A stretch of DNA of 64,000 bases. Origin: Adineta vaga. Its lineage: Eukaryota; Animalia; Rotifera. A model generated the notes under the pieces. It did no database searches and had not been told where the DNA came from. It worked only from the letters and a program-made list of their open reading frames with translations. The DNA is taken from NCBI GenBank assembly GCA_021613535.1, contig CP075493.1, forward strand, positions 9,858,001 through 9,922,000, read 5' to 3'. Made by a program: the position numbers and the translations under genes. Below, piece after piece: positions 48,870 through 61,240 of this stretch (position 1 is the first letter of the stretch; every line of letters starts with the position of its first letter).

Positions 48870-51800
48870 ATGCCTGTCCGGAAACAAGGTAAATATTTGA
48901 TTTTAAATCAAATGAATTCATTTCTATTTATTCTAATTAGACGCTTATCGAGCATTAGAATTGCTCGAAGAATATTACAATCGTCTTGACTCACCAGAAG
49001 ACAAACCATTGAAAAATGCCATCGATAGGTATGAAAACTTTTCAACGAAAAGAAGAAAAGTTCAATTTTTTATATCATTATTTTATTCATTGTAGAGTTA
49101 TCAAAGTTTTCAAAAGTCGACTATTTCAAGCACTGATTGGTAAATCATACAGAATATGAATTGTTTTGGAAATCAAATTCTTTATTTAATAGATATACAA
49201 GAATTTTATGAATCAATTTTACTCGATGAACAACGTGATCGTTTAGCAAAAATGGATGCTACCTTGCATTTAGCTGAAGAATGGGAAAAACAACCAATGC
49301 TCAAACGAAATATCCGAGTATGAATTTTCTCTTTTTTCTCTTGTGAAATCATTTCTTAATTCATCTATCAAAATTGAATTGTCAGAATAATACGCATACA
49401 CAGAACGGAAATAAGAACGGTGGTTTGTATTCTTGCTTAGTGTAGAATTTTCCCCAGGTGAATAAAAGCATTTTTGATTGACTTTACTCCGAACTTATAA
49501 ACATCCTTGGATTTTTATTTACCTGCTTGTAATTAACAATAAACTTTCTTTTCTAATATCGAATATACATATGCCATAGCTTGTATCCAACATATATATA
49601 TAGGTTGTATATGTTAACTTTGACACAGCTGCATTGTCCAGATTTATGCTTGCAGCGGGAAAATGTATAAATTGCAAAGGAGACTAAGTGATTATATCCG
49701 TAAGCGAACTAGACTATTAACGACACACCCGAGCCGTATTTCATAACGTTTGACTTTTCTCGATAAAAATATGTGTTAGAAAATAAAGAAATGTTCATTC
49801 CTATCCATTCTCATTTCTTATAACAGAATGGTACGCCGACAATCGAATCACCAGCAATTGCACCACTAGCAACGAATAATCCAATCTCCCGACCAACAAA
49901 TACTAAAGAAAATAGTAAACGACAAGCAACACCCACACCATTTTCTCAAATAGCTGATGTACAAGATGGAGCAAATAATAATCGAGCCAATCCTCCTGCA
50001 TTAAATTCACCTATTGATATCACACAATACAATTATGATGATCATTGGCAAGAAATCGAAGTTGATTTAGATCGAGTAAGAAAAATCTGAAAAGAAAAAG
50101 ATTGATTTAATACGTTATTTTAGGGGCCTGGTATTGGTCTTGGATTTTCAATTGCTGGTGGTATCGATACACCTTGTATCAGTGATTCTCCAGCTGTGGT
50201 TATTACACGTATCACTGAAGGCGGCCTTGCTGATCGTGATCAACGTTTAAAGTATGAGTTTTGTCAACGAATCAATGTATATAATCAACTGTCTGTATCT
50301 TCTTATAGATTACATGATATTATTTTGCGTGTAAATGATATGGATTTTACTCATATCGTACATCAAGCTGCTGTTGATGGGCTTAAGGCAGCTGGTAATC
50401 ATGTTAATCTAGTAAGTTTCCTTTGATGAAAGAGATAGAAATAATATTCTATTTATGTTCAGTTAATTCGTCGTTTGTCACCACCTGTCATGGAAGAAAT
50501 TCAATTAAATAAACCACCCAGTTCACATCTAGGATTTTCTATTGCTGGTGGAATTAGCCATGAACATGTGAAAGGGTTTGTATTTATTTTCGCTTTTGAA
50601 ATACAAAGATTTTATTAAAAAGCAACTATTTCCTATTTTTTTTTCATAGGGATTATGGAATATTCATTACAAATATAATTCCAGGTGGCATTGCAGATAA
50701 AAATGGTCGATTAAAAGTTGGCGATCGTCTTATGCATGTTCAATCAATGGTAAAGATCATCGTTCTTTCATGTTCGATAATAATTGATTTTTTTCTTTTG
50801 TTTCAAATAGAAAAATGGCTATGATCTTCAATTTGTTGAACATAAACATGCTGTTGAATCAATTCGTCGTGCATGTGAAGAAGGTCCAACAATCACTCTC
50901 TTGGTTGGTCTCCAAGCGATTATCCAGGTCTAGCTGATACGACAATTCAACCAACGAATGGACATCGTTCACCATTTCAAAATGATGATCAAGGAGATCT
51001 TCCATTGTAAGAATTCAATTGAATAACAAAGAAATGAGTAGTCATGCTTTGCTAAATTTGTTTTTCTAGAGAACGTCGAGTTTTACTTCGTCGTGGTCAA
51101 ACTGGTTTTGGTTTTAATATTGTTGGAGGCGATGGAGATGAAGGTATGTGAATGATTAAGATATTTGTAGTTTTGTATTAGTCTGGACTTAGTGATAGTT
51201 GATATAAACATTGATTTGCTCGTCAAGAATCATATATCAGTTGATGTAAGCAAATAGATAACATTTGTTTTGATTAATCATTGTGTAATCAAGTCATTAA
51301 GACAGCATACTTATTGACATTTGTTTCAGATTACCAAGGATCTCTAGTTCTGATGAAATCGAGTCCTTCATTTTCGTTACCTAGGGAAAAGAAATTTCTT
51401 TTTTTTGCTAGTAACTTACATTCTTAGAATTCTTTTCGACAGATAGGATCAAATTAAGAAAAATGTCAGTCATTTGTCATATTTCAATATTAAGATAGAT
51501 ACTGACAGGATATTAGAGATGATGTCGATCAAGAAAATAAACTTGAAATAATCTCACAAGTCAATATTAGAGCAAGGAAAAGAAGACGATTTTATTTATC
51601 AATATTCTCCAAAGACTGTTGGATAGATTCTATTGAATTTGTTTTTAGGCATTTACATATCATTCATTCAAACAGGCGGCGTTGCTGATAGATCAGGCGA
51701 CTTACGAAAAGGCGATCGTATATTATCAGTAAATAATATTGATTTTCGTGGCGTAACTCATGAAGATGCAGCAACAGTGTTGAAAAATTGTGGAGAAACA

Positions 51801-53681
51801 GCAGATCTACATGTTATTTATAAATACGATGGTTTGTTGGATGGATATAGAATTGGTTTATTCTTAATTAGCAAATGCTTTTCTTTAGATTTTATCCGTT
51901 TCGAAAATCGTATTGATGATCGTCGAAGTAAAATGACAGGTGAAGTAGCTGGCAGTACTGGTAGTTTAAAAACATCAACTAAACGACAATTTTTTGTTCG
52001 GTATGATTCGTTTTTTTTCTAAGGTTTTTTTGTTTTTTCATGAAAATTAATATTGTAGTGCGGAATTCGATTATGACCCATCTAAAGATCCAAGTATTCC
52101 AGGCGATCGAGGTTTATCATTTCATGCAGGTGATATACTTTATGTTACCAATGCAGCTGATGATTCTTGGTGGCAAGCTAAACGCATTACTGATGGACAG
52201 GAAGAAGAAGAATTAGGCATAATTCCATCAAAATCTCGAGTCGAGAAAAAAGAACGCGCTCGACAAAAGCGTGTCAATTTTAATCAAGGAAATAATAGTC
52301 GAGTAAGTGATTTTCAACGCTTGATCTATTCTAAGTTTAGATTGATGTTGTTTTTCGTCTCTCTTCAGAGCAATACACTTGATCGAGATAAAAAGAAAAA
52401 GAAAAAATTTGGTTTATTTGGAAAGAGTGGCGACAAAAAAGATACACAATCGGGTGATGATTCAGATAATGAACAAGATAATCTTGAACCTGTTCCATCA
52501 TATGAATTAGTTACTCAACACGAAGGTAAATCTTGACTTTTCTCTTCTTCTTATTATTATTATTTTCTATCTATAAAAAGAAAACATCTTTTTATCTTCA
52601 TGAATAGAATTGGTTGAACGAAATCTAATTATATCTGATAGAAGTTCATTGTAGATTGAGTGATAAAACTGCCAGCTAATTCCCATGAGTATAAATCGTG
52701 ATAAATTTCGCACGAGTTTATCACTGAAATTCATTCGTATTTGTCGAATTGAAAATTATATTAGTTAAATACGCCATCGTTCACGTTAGCCTTCAAAACC
52801 CTATGCTTGTATATGAATAGAAGAAAACTAATTTCTTTTTTATTTATTTATTTATTTAGTTAATCATACAAGACCAATTATTCTCTTTGGTCCATTCAAA
52901 GAACTTCTCAATGATCAACTTCTTAATGATCGACCAGATAAATTTGCTAATTGTGTACCACGTATGATTTATTAATTTTGATTTGATAAAAGGAAAATTT
53001 ATAATTTTTCCTTGGATTAGATACAAGTCGATCAAAACGTGACAAGGAAGTTGATGGTCGTGAATATTATTTTGTTCCTTCACGTGAACAAATGGAGAGA
53101 GATATTCAAAACTATTTATTTATCGAAGCTGGAGAATATGGTGGAAATCTCTATGGTACTAGTGTTAGTGCAGTTCGTGAAGTAGCAAATACGGTATGTT
53201 ATTGAAATCGGAGAATCAATAATATCGATATTTGTGTTTGTTTTTTTCTAGCCAAAACATTGTATTTTGGATGTCAGTGGTCATGCTATTCGACGTTTAA
53301 TGACTGCTGGACTTTTTCCTATTGCAATATTTGTTAAACCACGTGATGTCAAATGGATTTTGTAAGTGATCTTATTTGAATGAATTTTAATTATCCAAAA
53401 GAAATAATAAATCTTTATTATAGAGATAATATGGGAGAAGAAGCTAATGAAGAACGTGCTCAACAAATCTATGAAAAATCATTGAAAATTGAACAACAAT
53501 TTGGCGATGTTTTGACAAGTAAATAAAGCTTATGATATGAAAATGAAATAGTCTTTTGTTTTCTTTTCAAGGTGTCATCGAGGAAGAAACATTGGGTGAT
53601 GTATACGATCAAATTTGCGAAACTATTGATCGTGAACAATCACTTGATACGGTCTGGGTTCCAGCCAAAGAAAAACTCTAA
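48870..53681 (+). CDS. dlg1: Discs large 1 MAGUK (L27, three PDZ, SH3, HOOK, GK)
   Basis: Starts [18 protein letters not shown]; [22 protein letters not shown]; PDZs [27 protein letters not shown]; SH3 [10 protein letters not shown]...WWQA...GIIPSK; GK CVPHTSR...DGREYYFV...YGTSV; ends VWVPAKEKL*. One apparent frameshift at ~50910. Confidence 0.96.
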
Positions 53682-54155
53682 TGTATATTCATTTTTTTCT
53701 ACGAATTTCTTATATCTTCGTGTTCTTATTCTTCTGTTTTGTTTATTGTGCACCGATCTTGATCTTCTATTCATTGTGTAGATGTATCTATTTCTCTTCC
53801 ATATTTACTTGTCTGCACCGTGTCTCTCTCTCTCTCTCTCTCTTGCTCTCTTTTTCTTATAGTATTTTCTTGTTGAATTTGATCTATGTTGGCAAAACTG
53901 TTTTTGTTTGTTTATGTATGTTGAAATCGAATGTCAACTTTAAAAGACAAAGAATTAGACTATTATGAACGTGTTTTTTGCGCTCTTTTTCTCTTTTTTC
54001 TTCTTTTTTTTGTAAAAATTAACATTTCGAATGAATGTTTCTTTTCTCCTCTTGAATAATATGAAAACAATAAAAATGTTCGGTAGTAGAGAAGAATTAA
54101 ATAAGTAGCAAGAAAAAAATATTCACTTTCTTTTTCTATTGATATTCAGATAGAT

Positions 54156-55895
54156 ATGTTTCGATTGAATTCAGCTATCTTTCGGCATTTATCGTTATTT
54201 CAACGAGGATCAGTCATATCAAATATTGGAAGATGTCAATCGATAGAACATAGATGTGATGGTGAGCCTTGCTTAAAAATATAAAACTGTACATTATTTA
54301 TAATCTTGAATAGTCGAAGATGCTCTTGATGAAGAACAAAAAGCTATTCAACAGACTGCACATCAATTTGCTCAGACAGAGATGGCACCATTTATGTACG
54401 AATGGGATCGAACCGTGAGAATGACGTATTTTATTATCTTATATTATACTTCTTTTCATATGAACCTTTCTAGGAATTCTTTCCAAAAGAAACTCTTCGA
54501 AAAGCTGCACAACTTGGTTTTGCTGCGATCTATTGTCGTGATGAACATGGTGGAACTGGTGGTACACGACTTGATGCATCGGTCATTTTCGAAGCATTAT
54601 CACAAGGATGTGTTAGTACAGCAGCATATCTCAGTATTCATAAGTAGGATAAAGGTGATCATTTTTGTTCATATATATGTATTGTTTTAGTATGTGTGTA
54701 TGGATGATTGATGCATTTGGATCTGATGCAAATCGTGCTAAATGGGTACCACGATTAGCTACTATGGAATTATTTAGTTCCTATTGTCTTACAGAACCAG
54801 GTAAATGTTTTACTTTCTGTCTTTTGAATAGCTGATTATTGATTTTTCTATAGGAGCTGGAAGTGATGCTGCATCGTTAAGTACACGAGCTGAACGTCAA
54901 GGTGATAAATATATCTTAAACGGTACAAAAGCATTCATAAGTGGTGGCGGTGAAAGTGATATATATCTTGTTATGTGTCGAACTGGTGATCAATCACCCA
55001 AAGGTATATCATGTATACTTGTTGAAAAGGATACTCCTGGATTATCATTTGGTAAAAAAGAAGAAAAAGTATGTGAGAACTGATTTGTAAATGATATATT
55101 CATAAATATTGATTAGGTTGGTTGGAATTCTCAACCAACACGACAAGTAATTATGGATGATTGTCAAGTACCTGTTGAGAATCTCATTGGTAAGGAAGGT
55201 CAAGGTTTTGAAATAGCTATGCGTGGCTTAAATGGTGGACGAATTAATATTGGTAAGTTAAATCTAGAAGAAAAGGATCATTTCAATCATCTATATTGCA
55301 TTTATTTTTAAAGCTAGCTGTTCACTTGGTGCAGCACAAGCAAGTATACAAAAAACTGGTGAATATTTAAAAGTACGAAAACAATTCGGTCAACCATTAG
55401 CACAATTTCAGGTGGATTCCTTTCAAAAACTGTCGAATCATCTATACTATTGTATCTTTTTGTCTTTAGCATTTACAATTTAAATTAGCAGAAATGTGCA
55501 CAAAATTAGTTGCCAGTCGTCTTTTAGTTCGTAAAGCGGCATTAGCACTTGATCAACAAGCGAAAGATACGGTAACATTATGTGCTATGGCAAAATTATT
55601 CGCTACAGATACATGTTTTGATGTATGTAGAAAAATAAAATCATTGTTTAAAATGAAATCATATTCTGTTCTAGATATGTAATCAAGCATTACAAATGCA
55701 TGGTGGTTATGGTTATATTAAATCCACATCCGTTCAACAATATATGCGCGATTGTCGTGTTCATCAAATTCTGGAAGGTAAACTGTATAATAAAAAAGAG
55801 TTGATCTTTACTAGACTGTTTTCTTTTCTCTTTTAGGAACTAATGAAGTCATGCGATTGCTTATTTCTCGAGATGCATTGAAACGATATGGATGA
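54156..55895 (+). CDS. ACAD8: Mitochondrial isobutyryl-CoA dehydrogenase (acyl-CoA dehydrogenase 8)
   Basis: Arg-rich presequence; [18 protein letters not shown]; [16 protein letters not shown]; [12 protein letters not shown]; [10 protein letters not shown]; LNGGRINIA; QMHGGYGY...[17 protein letters not shown]. Confidence 0.93.
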
Positions 55896-57403
55896 AAAAC
55901 ATATTTCTGGGTTTTTCTTTCTATTTTTCTATTTGATTTGATTGAAATAGAATGACAACAGCAGTATTTGAATGAATTGCTGATTTCACGAACTTGTTTG
56001 ACAAGTTATATCTATAATTAATATCGCACACTTTACAAATTGATAGTAACTACTTAATTCGAGAGTTAATAGATTTCTCATCAGTTCTAAATGAAGAAAT
56101 ATTTGGAGAAGAAAATAAATTATCAAAAAATCTGCCAATATTACTGATTATTCAAAGCATCATGTGTCATTTAACTGGGAATACAATTCGATAGCGTATC
56201 ATACTTATCAGTGTGAATTGGGAGCTACTGTACCTATCTCTTCAGATATATAAGATTAACCATGATTTCGATCGAGATCGCAGCAGAGAATTGATTTTAA
56301 CTATAAAGTGCACGATAAATATTTTCTATCTGATTAATTGATTTATCATCATAAATATATCTTCAAAAGTAAAAAGTATATACTTTCTATTTTGAATACA
56401 ATTTCATACTAACGTCCTTGTCTATTCTGATCCTGTTCGTACTTTGTTTTCTTCTATCATTATTCTACTGCAATTATATCATAACACTGATAATCGATAT
56501 CGTTTAGAGATTCTGCTGTTATATCCTTTCATCAGAACAAAAAAAAAAACATTACTGTTTTATTTCGAAATGTAATCTTTCATCTCGTGCCTCTTTTTAT
56601 TTTGTGGTTTTTTTTACATTGCAATCTATTATTGATATAAAAATATGATTTTGAATAACTTTCGAGTTGAATCTGCACAATGAAATTAAAAGAACGAGAT
56701 GTCAAGAAGGAATTAGATCAAGATACTTGTGTTTATACATATGATCTCTTATGACATGACTCTATGGAATACATTCAATAACTATATAAAGATGATTCTA
56801 TGAGTAGACTTCTTTCTTTGTTCTCTCTGTCCTTCATCGGCATCTTTTTTTTTCTTCTTTTCTGTAAAAACAAGAGGACAAAGAATTATGGCATCTCTCT
56901 TTTTTTCGCTCTCTCGTAATGTTGATTTGACGTTTGCGATTGATTTCCTTCTCAAGGGAGCTCGATTGATAGAGGCAAGCTTTATTCTAATAAAGTTAAT
57001 TCTTCTTTCTCTGATTGAATAAGTCAAAAGAAGAGAGATTCAATATCATCGACGAAGAAAGAAAACATAACTAAGCTATATTGTCTAAGATTGACTGTCT
57101 TATTCTTATCATCGATATATACTTGCCAATCGAGTGATAATAGAGGAAAGAAAATAGAAGATTCTGATTCTTTATTCTTTTCTTTCTCAATAATGATGAT
57201 GATGTTTGCTCGTCATTTCTACTGCTGTTACTGCTGTTACTGTTGTTGCCTTTCTATCGATCGTCGCTTTATTGTATTACATACACAAAAAAAATATGCG
57301 AGCCAGAAATAATAGCTCACTAGTATAGTACCATTTGTCTTTCGTCAATTAAATAGTTAGCCATGGCCAGAAGATATTTTCTATTGGTGGAGAAATAGAA
57401 ACT

Positions 57404-59191
57404 ATGTTCAATTTCTATATCATCAGCATTTTTTTATTCTATCAAAAAATCAACGGTAAGATAGATAGATTTTTTATCGAATAATATATGATATGATTTA
57501 ATTTAATTTAGAAATCAATGGAAATGTTGATGCTAAACGTCTATTACATGAATTGATGAAAGATTATAATAAAAATGTTCTTCCTGTACAATCGATAAAT
57601 CAAAAAGTAAATGTAACATTAGGTTTGAAACTTTCGCAATTATCGGATATCGATGAACGAAATCAAATTATGACAACAAATGTTTGGCTTGAACATGTAA
57701 TAGTCAATTATTGACAAATCATTTTATATCTAGTTTTTATTTAGGAATGGTCAGATTATAAATTAACATGGACTCCAAGTCACTATGGTGATATTGATGT
57801 TCTGGAAATTCCATCTTCGGATATTTGGGTACCTGATATTGTTCTATATAATAATGCCGATGGTACATATGAAGTCAATACAATAACAAAAGCTCATGTA
57901 GTAAGTGAAACTATGTGTAGATTTCTTTTCCTATCAATAATTTAGTTTTATAATGGAACAATTCGATGGAATCCACCTGTTATATATAAATCTTATTGTG
58001 ATATCAATATTCAATATTATCCATTTGATGAACAAAATTGTTCATTAAAATTTGGTACATGGACACATAATGGAAATCTCGTAATACTCATTAAATTCTT
58101 CGACAAAGAAAAAACAAATACAGTTTGTTTATGAAATTTAGGTTGATCTCAATCATAAATCAGGACAAATTGTTGTTAGAGATGGAATAGATCTTACAGA
58201 TTATTATAAATCTATCGAATGGGACATTCTTGCTGTTGTAAGTTTGAATTGACTAATTGAAACAATCGATATCGAATTCTGAATCTTTGTTTATATAGCC
58301 TGCCTATCGTCATGTTCTTCTGTATGATTGTTGCAAAGATGATCCATATTTTGATGTGACCTTTGCATTAATTATTCGACGTAAACCACTGTTTTATATG
58401 GTTAATCTGGTTATTCCATGTGTTAATATAGCCTTTCTTACCATTCTAGTCTTTTGTTTACCTAGTAAGAAAATTTCTTTACGAGAATATCAATGAAATT
58501 AAGAAAACAACATCATTTAGGTGATTGCGGAGAAAAATTAACATTGTCAATATCGATTTTTGTTGCTCTCCAAGTGTTCTATCTTCTTTTGATTGATTTA
58601 ATCCCACCGACATCACTTAAAATTTCATTACTTGGAAAATATCTTCTTTTTACTTTAATTCTTGTCAATGCTTCGATATTTATTACTATTCTTACATTAA
58701 ATATCCATTGGCGTCATCCTAATACACATCATATGCCTGATTGGGTGAAAAGATGGTTTTTTCAGATAATTCCACCATTTGTCTTCATGTCTAAACCACA
58801 TATTGCTGATGCAATTTTACAAATGGAAGAAAATGATATGTTAATTAATAATGAAACCAATATGAAACCTTTAAATGAATATATTCGAACAGTATCCATT
58901 GATAAATATCCTCCAATAATTCAACAAGCAATAAAAGATATTCGATACATTAGTGAAACACAACGTGACGCACAAAAAGATGATTTAGTTAGTAAAATTA
59001 TAACTTAATAAAACAAAAAGTCAATGAATTCAAATTGTTTTTTTCTTTTTCTTTAGGAACGAGAAGGTTGGCGATTTATTGCTCTTGTTATTGATCGATG
59101 TTTTCTAATTATATTTCTAATTTTATCAATATCGGGATCGATTGTTATTCTATTTTCTACACCAACAACAAAACAAGATGCAGAACCTTAA
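57404..59191 (+). CDS. Nicotinic acetylcholine receptor alpha subunit
   Basis: DAKRLL..., [14 protein letters not shown], Cys-loop [15 protein letters not shown], loop B WTH, loop C YDCC (vicinal Cys mark an alpha subunit), RRKPLFY, GEK-M2, short M3-M4 loop, M4 [10 protein letters not shown]. Confidence 0.95.
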
Positions 59192-59607
59192 ATCATTGTC
59201 AAAAATGTTGTGCTAATTTTTCATTACAATGTATATTATTCATAGTTGATTGTTTTCATAAAAATAAAAGCAACGTTTTCTTGTATTTTAATCAACTATA
59301 TGTCGTTTTTTCTTTAATACAATTTGTGAAGAAAGGTCAGAGAACATGAAGTATAATATCCTATTTCATATGTATATCTATATATATACATTAGTAACTG
59401 ATGACGGTGACACATAGACAGTTGTAACTAAATAGCGATACATTATCGCATTTGCTATGTATAATCAATAGAAGGGAAAAAAAACTAGCTTGGAATGTTA
59501 TACAAACGTTTGATTCCGTCCGGAAATAGTGTCAATCAGTTTTGAGTATAACAAAAGTTTTCTTAGATCAATAAGAAGAATTAGTTTTATTAACAATTCA
59601 ATAAATA

Positions 59608-60975
59608 TTATGTATGTAAAGTTACTGTTGATTTATATTTTTGAAATCCACAATCAAATTTTAATTTTTTCTCTTTTATGAACTGATTTTTTAATTCTGT
59701 CCAACTCCATTTAAATGTTGATAGAAGATTCTTATTTGGAATGATAACATTTGTTAAATAAATCGTATAAAAATCTTCGTCATGATGTGCTCGATGGACA
59801 CGTGTTACTTCAAATAATGTCCATGGTAATATTAAAACTTCTTCTTCATATTCATACTCACTTAAACAAGGAATATCAGATGATACACGTGAAAGATTAA
59901 TTGCTTGATCACATTGATCTGGAAAATGAAAAACCAACAAAACATGAAGAAGATCTTTACTATCTTTTTCATTGTTTTCATAAGCAAATTCTTCTGCTAT
60001 CAAACGATTCTTTGATGTTGACGAAAATGAACGTGTTTGTAATAATGTGCCTGGTGTTTCCATTGCATATTGATACGTTAAAAATTGTTCATAATTTAAA
60101 TGCACACCACGATAGGTACGTCCCATAAAAAAACGTTGTTCTAATTTTGGTAAATGTATAAATAATGGAATAGCTAATGGTAAACAATCATCTTGTAATT
60201 GTCGATAAAATGATGTTTCTAATGTATATAAATGAAGTAAATATTCGATAGAACTTGGATCTTGTTGATAGTGTTCAATTAAATCATTTGCTTTAATATC
60301 ATCATCGAATTTTGTCATAACTATTTGTTCAAGAATATGATTTAAACGTTTGATTATTGTACGTTGATCTAATGGTTCATCAGAATGAAAATGATTGATA
60401 CAAAATCGACAAAAACGTGATTGACACATAGCTTTTGATGTTGCTGAATATTCTATTTCATGTTTTTTTTCCTCTTCATTTTTATATGTTTGAATTGAAG
60501 TACTTCGTTCTGTTTTCAATGATTGTTCATATTCATCATCATGTCTAGTATCGTCAAATCGAACGATATCAAAACATTCCGAAGAATTTTTTTCATAAAA
60601 ACGCGAAGAAACCTTCTCAGATAAAGTATTTCCAATTTGACGGGTAAACAACGAACGTAATGTTTCATTATTTGCTTCAACAATATTATAAGCACTTTGT
60701 TTCTGACAATTAAGCGATGTTGATCGATAACAACCATGTTTCAATAAAAGTTTGACAATATTTTCATAACCATTGGCAGTGGCTACATGTAAACATGTAT
60801 TACCACCATATAGAGGTTCAGCTCGATTTAAATCACGATGAGAATATTTCGGTAGAAGATTACGAACTTGATCTTCATCACCATCACGACATGCTTCATA
60901 TAAAGGAGTTATTAAATTCGAAGATGTTGAAATCGATGAAGAACGTCTTGTAGCTTTACTAGGACTATGGCCCAT
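59608..60975 (-). CDS. Intronless ankyrin-repeat + mono-ADP-ribosyltransferase (R-S-E, ARTC-type) protein, ~455 aa
   Basis: First ATG 60975 (MGHSPSK). Ankyrin repeats TPLYEACRDG and TCLHVATANGYENIVKLLLKHG. ART motifs LYTLETSFY, TYRG, FSSTSK, EYEEEVLILP. Confidence 0.88.
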   Translation of the reverse strand: MGHSPSKATRRSSSISTSSNLITPLYEACRDGDEDQVRNLLPKYSHRDLNRAEPLYGGNTCLHVATANGYENIVKLLLKHGCYRSTSLNCQKQSAYNIVEANNETLRSLFTRQIGNTLSEKVSSRFYEKNSSECFDIVRFDDTRHDDEYEQSLKTERSTSIQTYKNEEEKKHEIEYSATSKAMCQSRFCRFCINHFHSDEPLDQRTIIKRLNHILEQIVMTKFDDDIKANDLIEHYQQDPSSIEYLLHLYTLETSFYRQLQDDCLPLAIPLFIHLPKLEQRFFMGRTYRGVHLNYEQFLTYQYAMETPGTLLQTRSFSSTSKNRLIAEEFAYENNEKDSKDLLHVLLVFHFPDQCDQAINLSRVSSDIPCLSEYEYEEEVLILPWTLFEVTRVHRAHHDEDFYTIYLTNVIIPNKNLLSTFKWSWTELKNQFIKEKKLKFDCGFQKYKSTVTLHT

Positions 60976-61240
60976 GCAGAATAGATGATCAAAAAGTGCA
61001 ATAGTTATGGTTGAATGCACATATGTATACTTTGTCGTATTGTAAGTGCGCAGGTATTATGTTTTAGTCATCATTTTATTCCCTGAGATTGTTTATATTT
61101 TATGACGCGTTAACTTCGTCACAAAAATACCTGTATTATTGTAAATAAGAATGTATATTCAAAGTATTCTTATCCATTAAATAGAAGAAATTATATTTAT
61201 TCTCTTTTCTAAAGAAATCTAAATGTGATTGAGAAAAGGT

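Noticed and set aside
51345-51420. CTGATGA core suggesting a hammerhead ribozyme or C/D snoRNA
   Set aside because: No stem II followed by GAAA, and no suitably placed D box with a terminal stem.
52698-52724. Hairpin GTGATAAA...TTTATCAC in a dlg1 intron (MITE or Helitron end?)
   Set aside because: Only an 8-bp stem; no target-site duplication, second copy or terminal CTRR seen.
60976-61020. Longer start for the ankyrin-ART
   Set aside because: Non-ATG start; ATG 60975 gives a good MGxxxS terminus.
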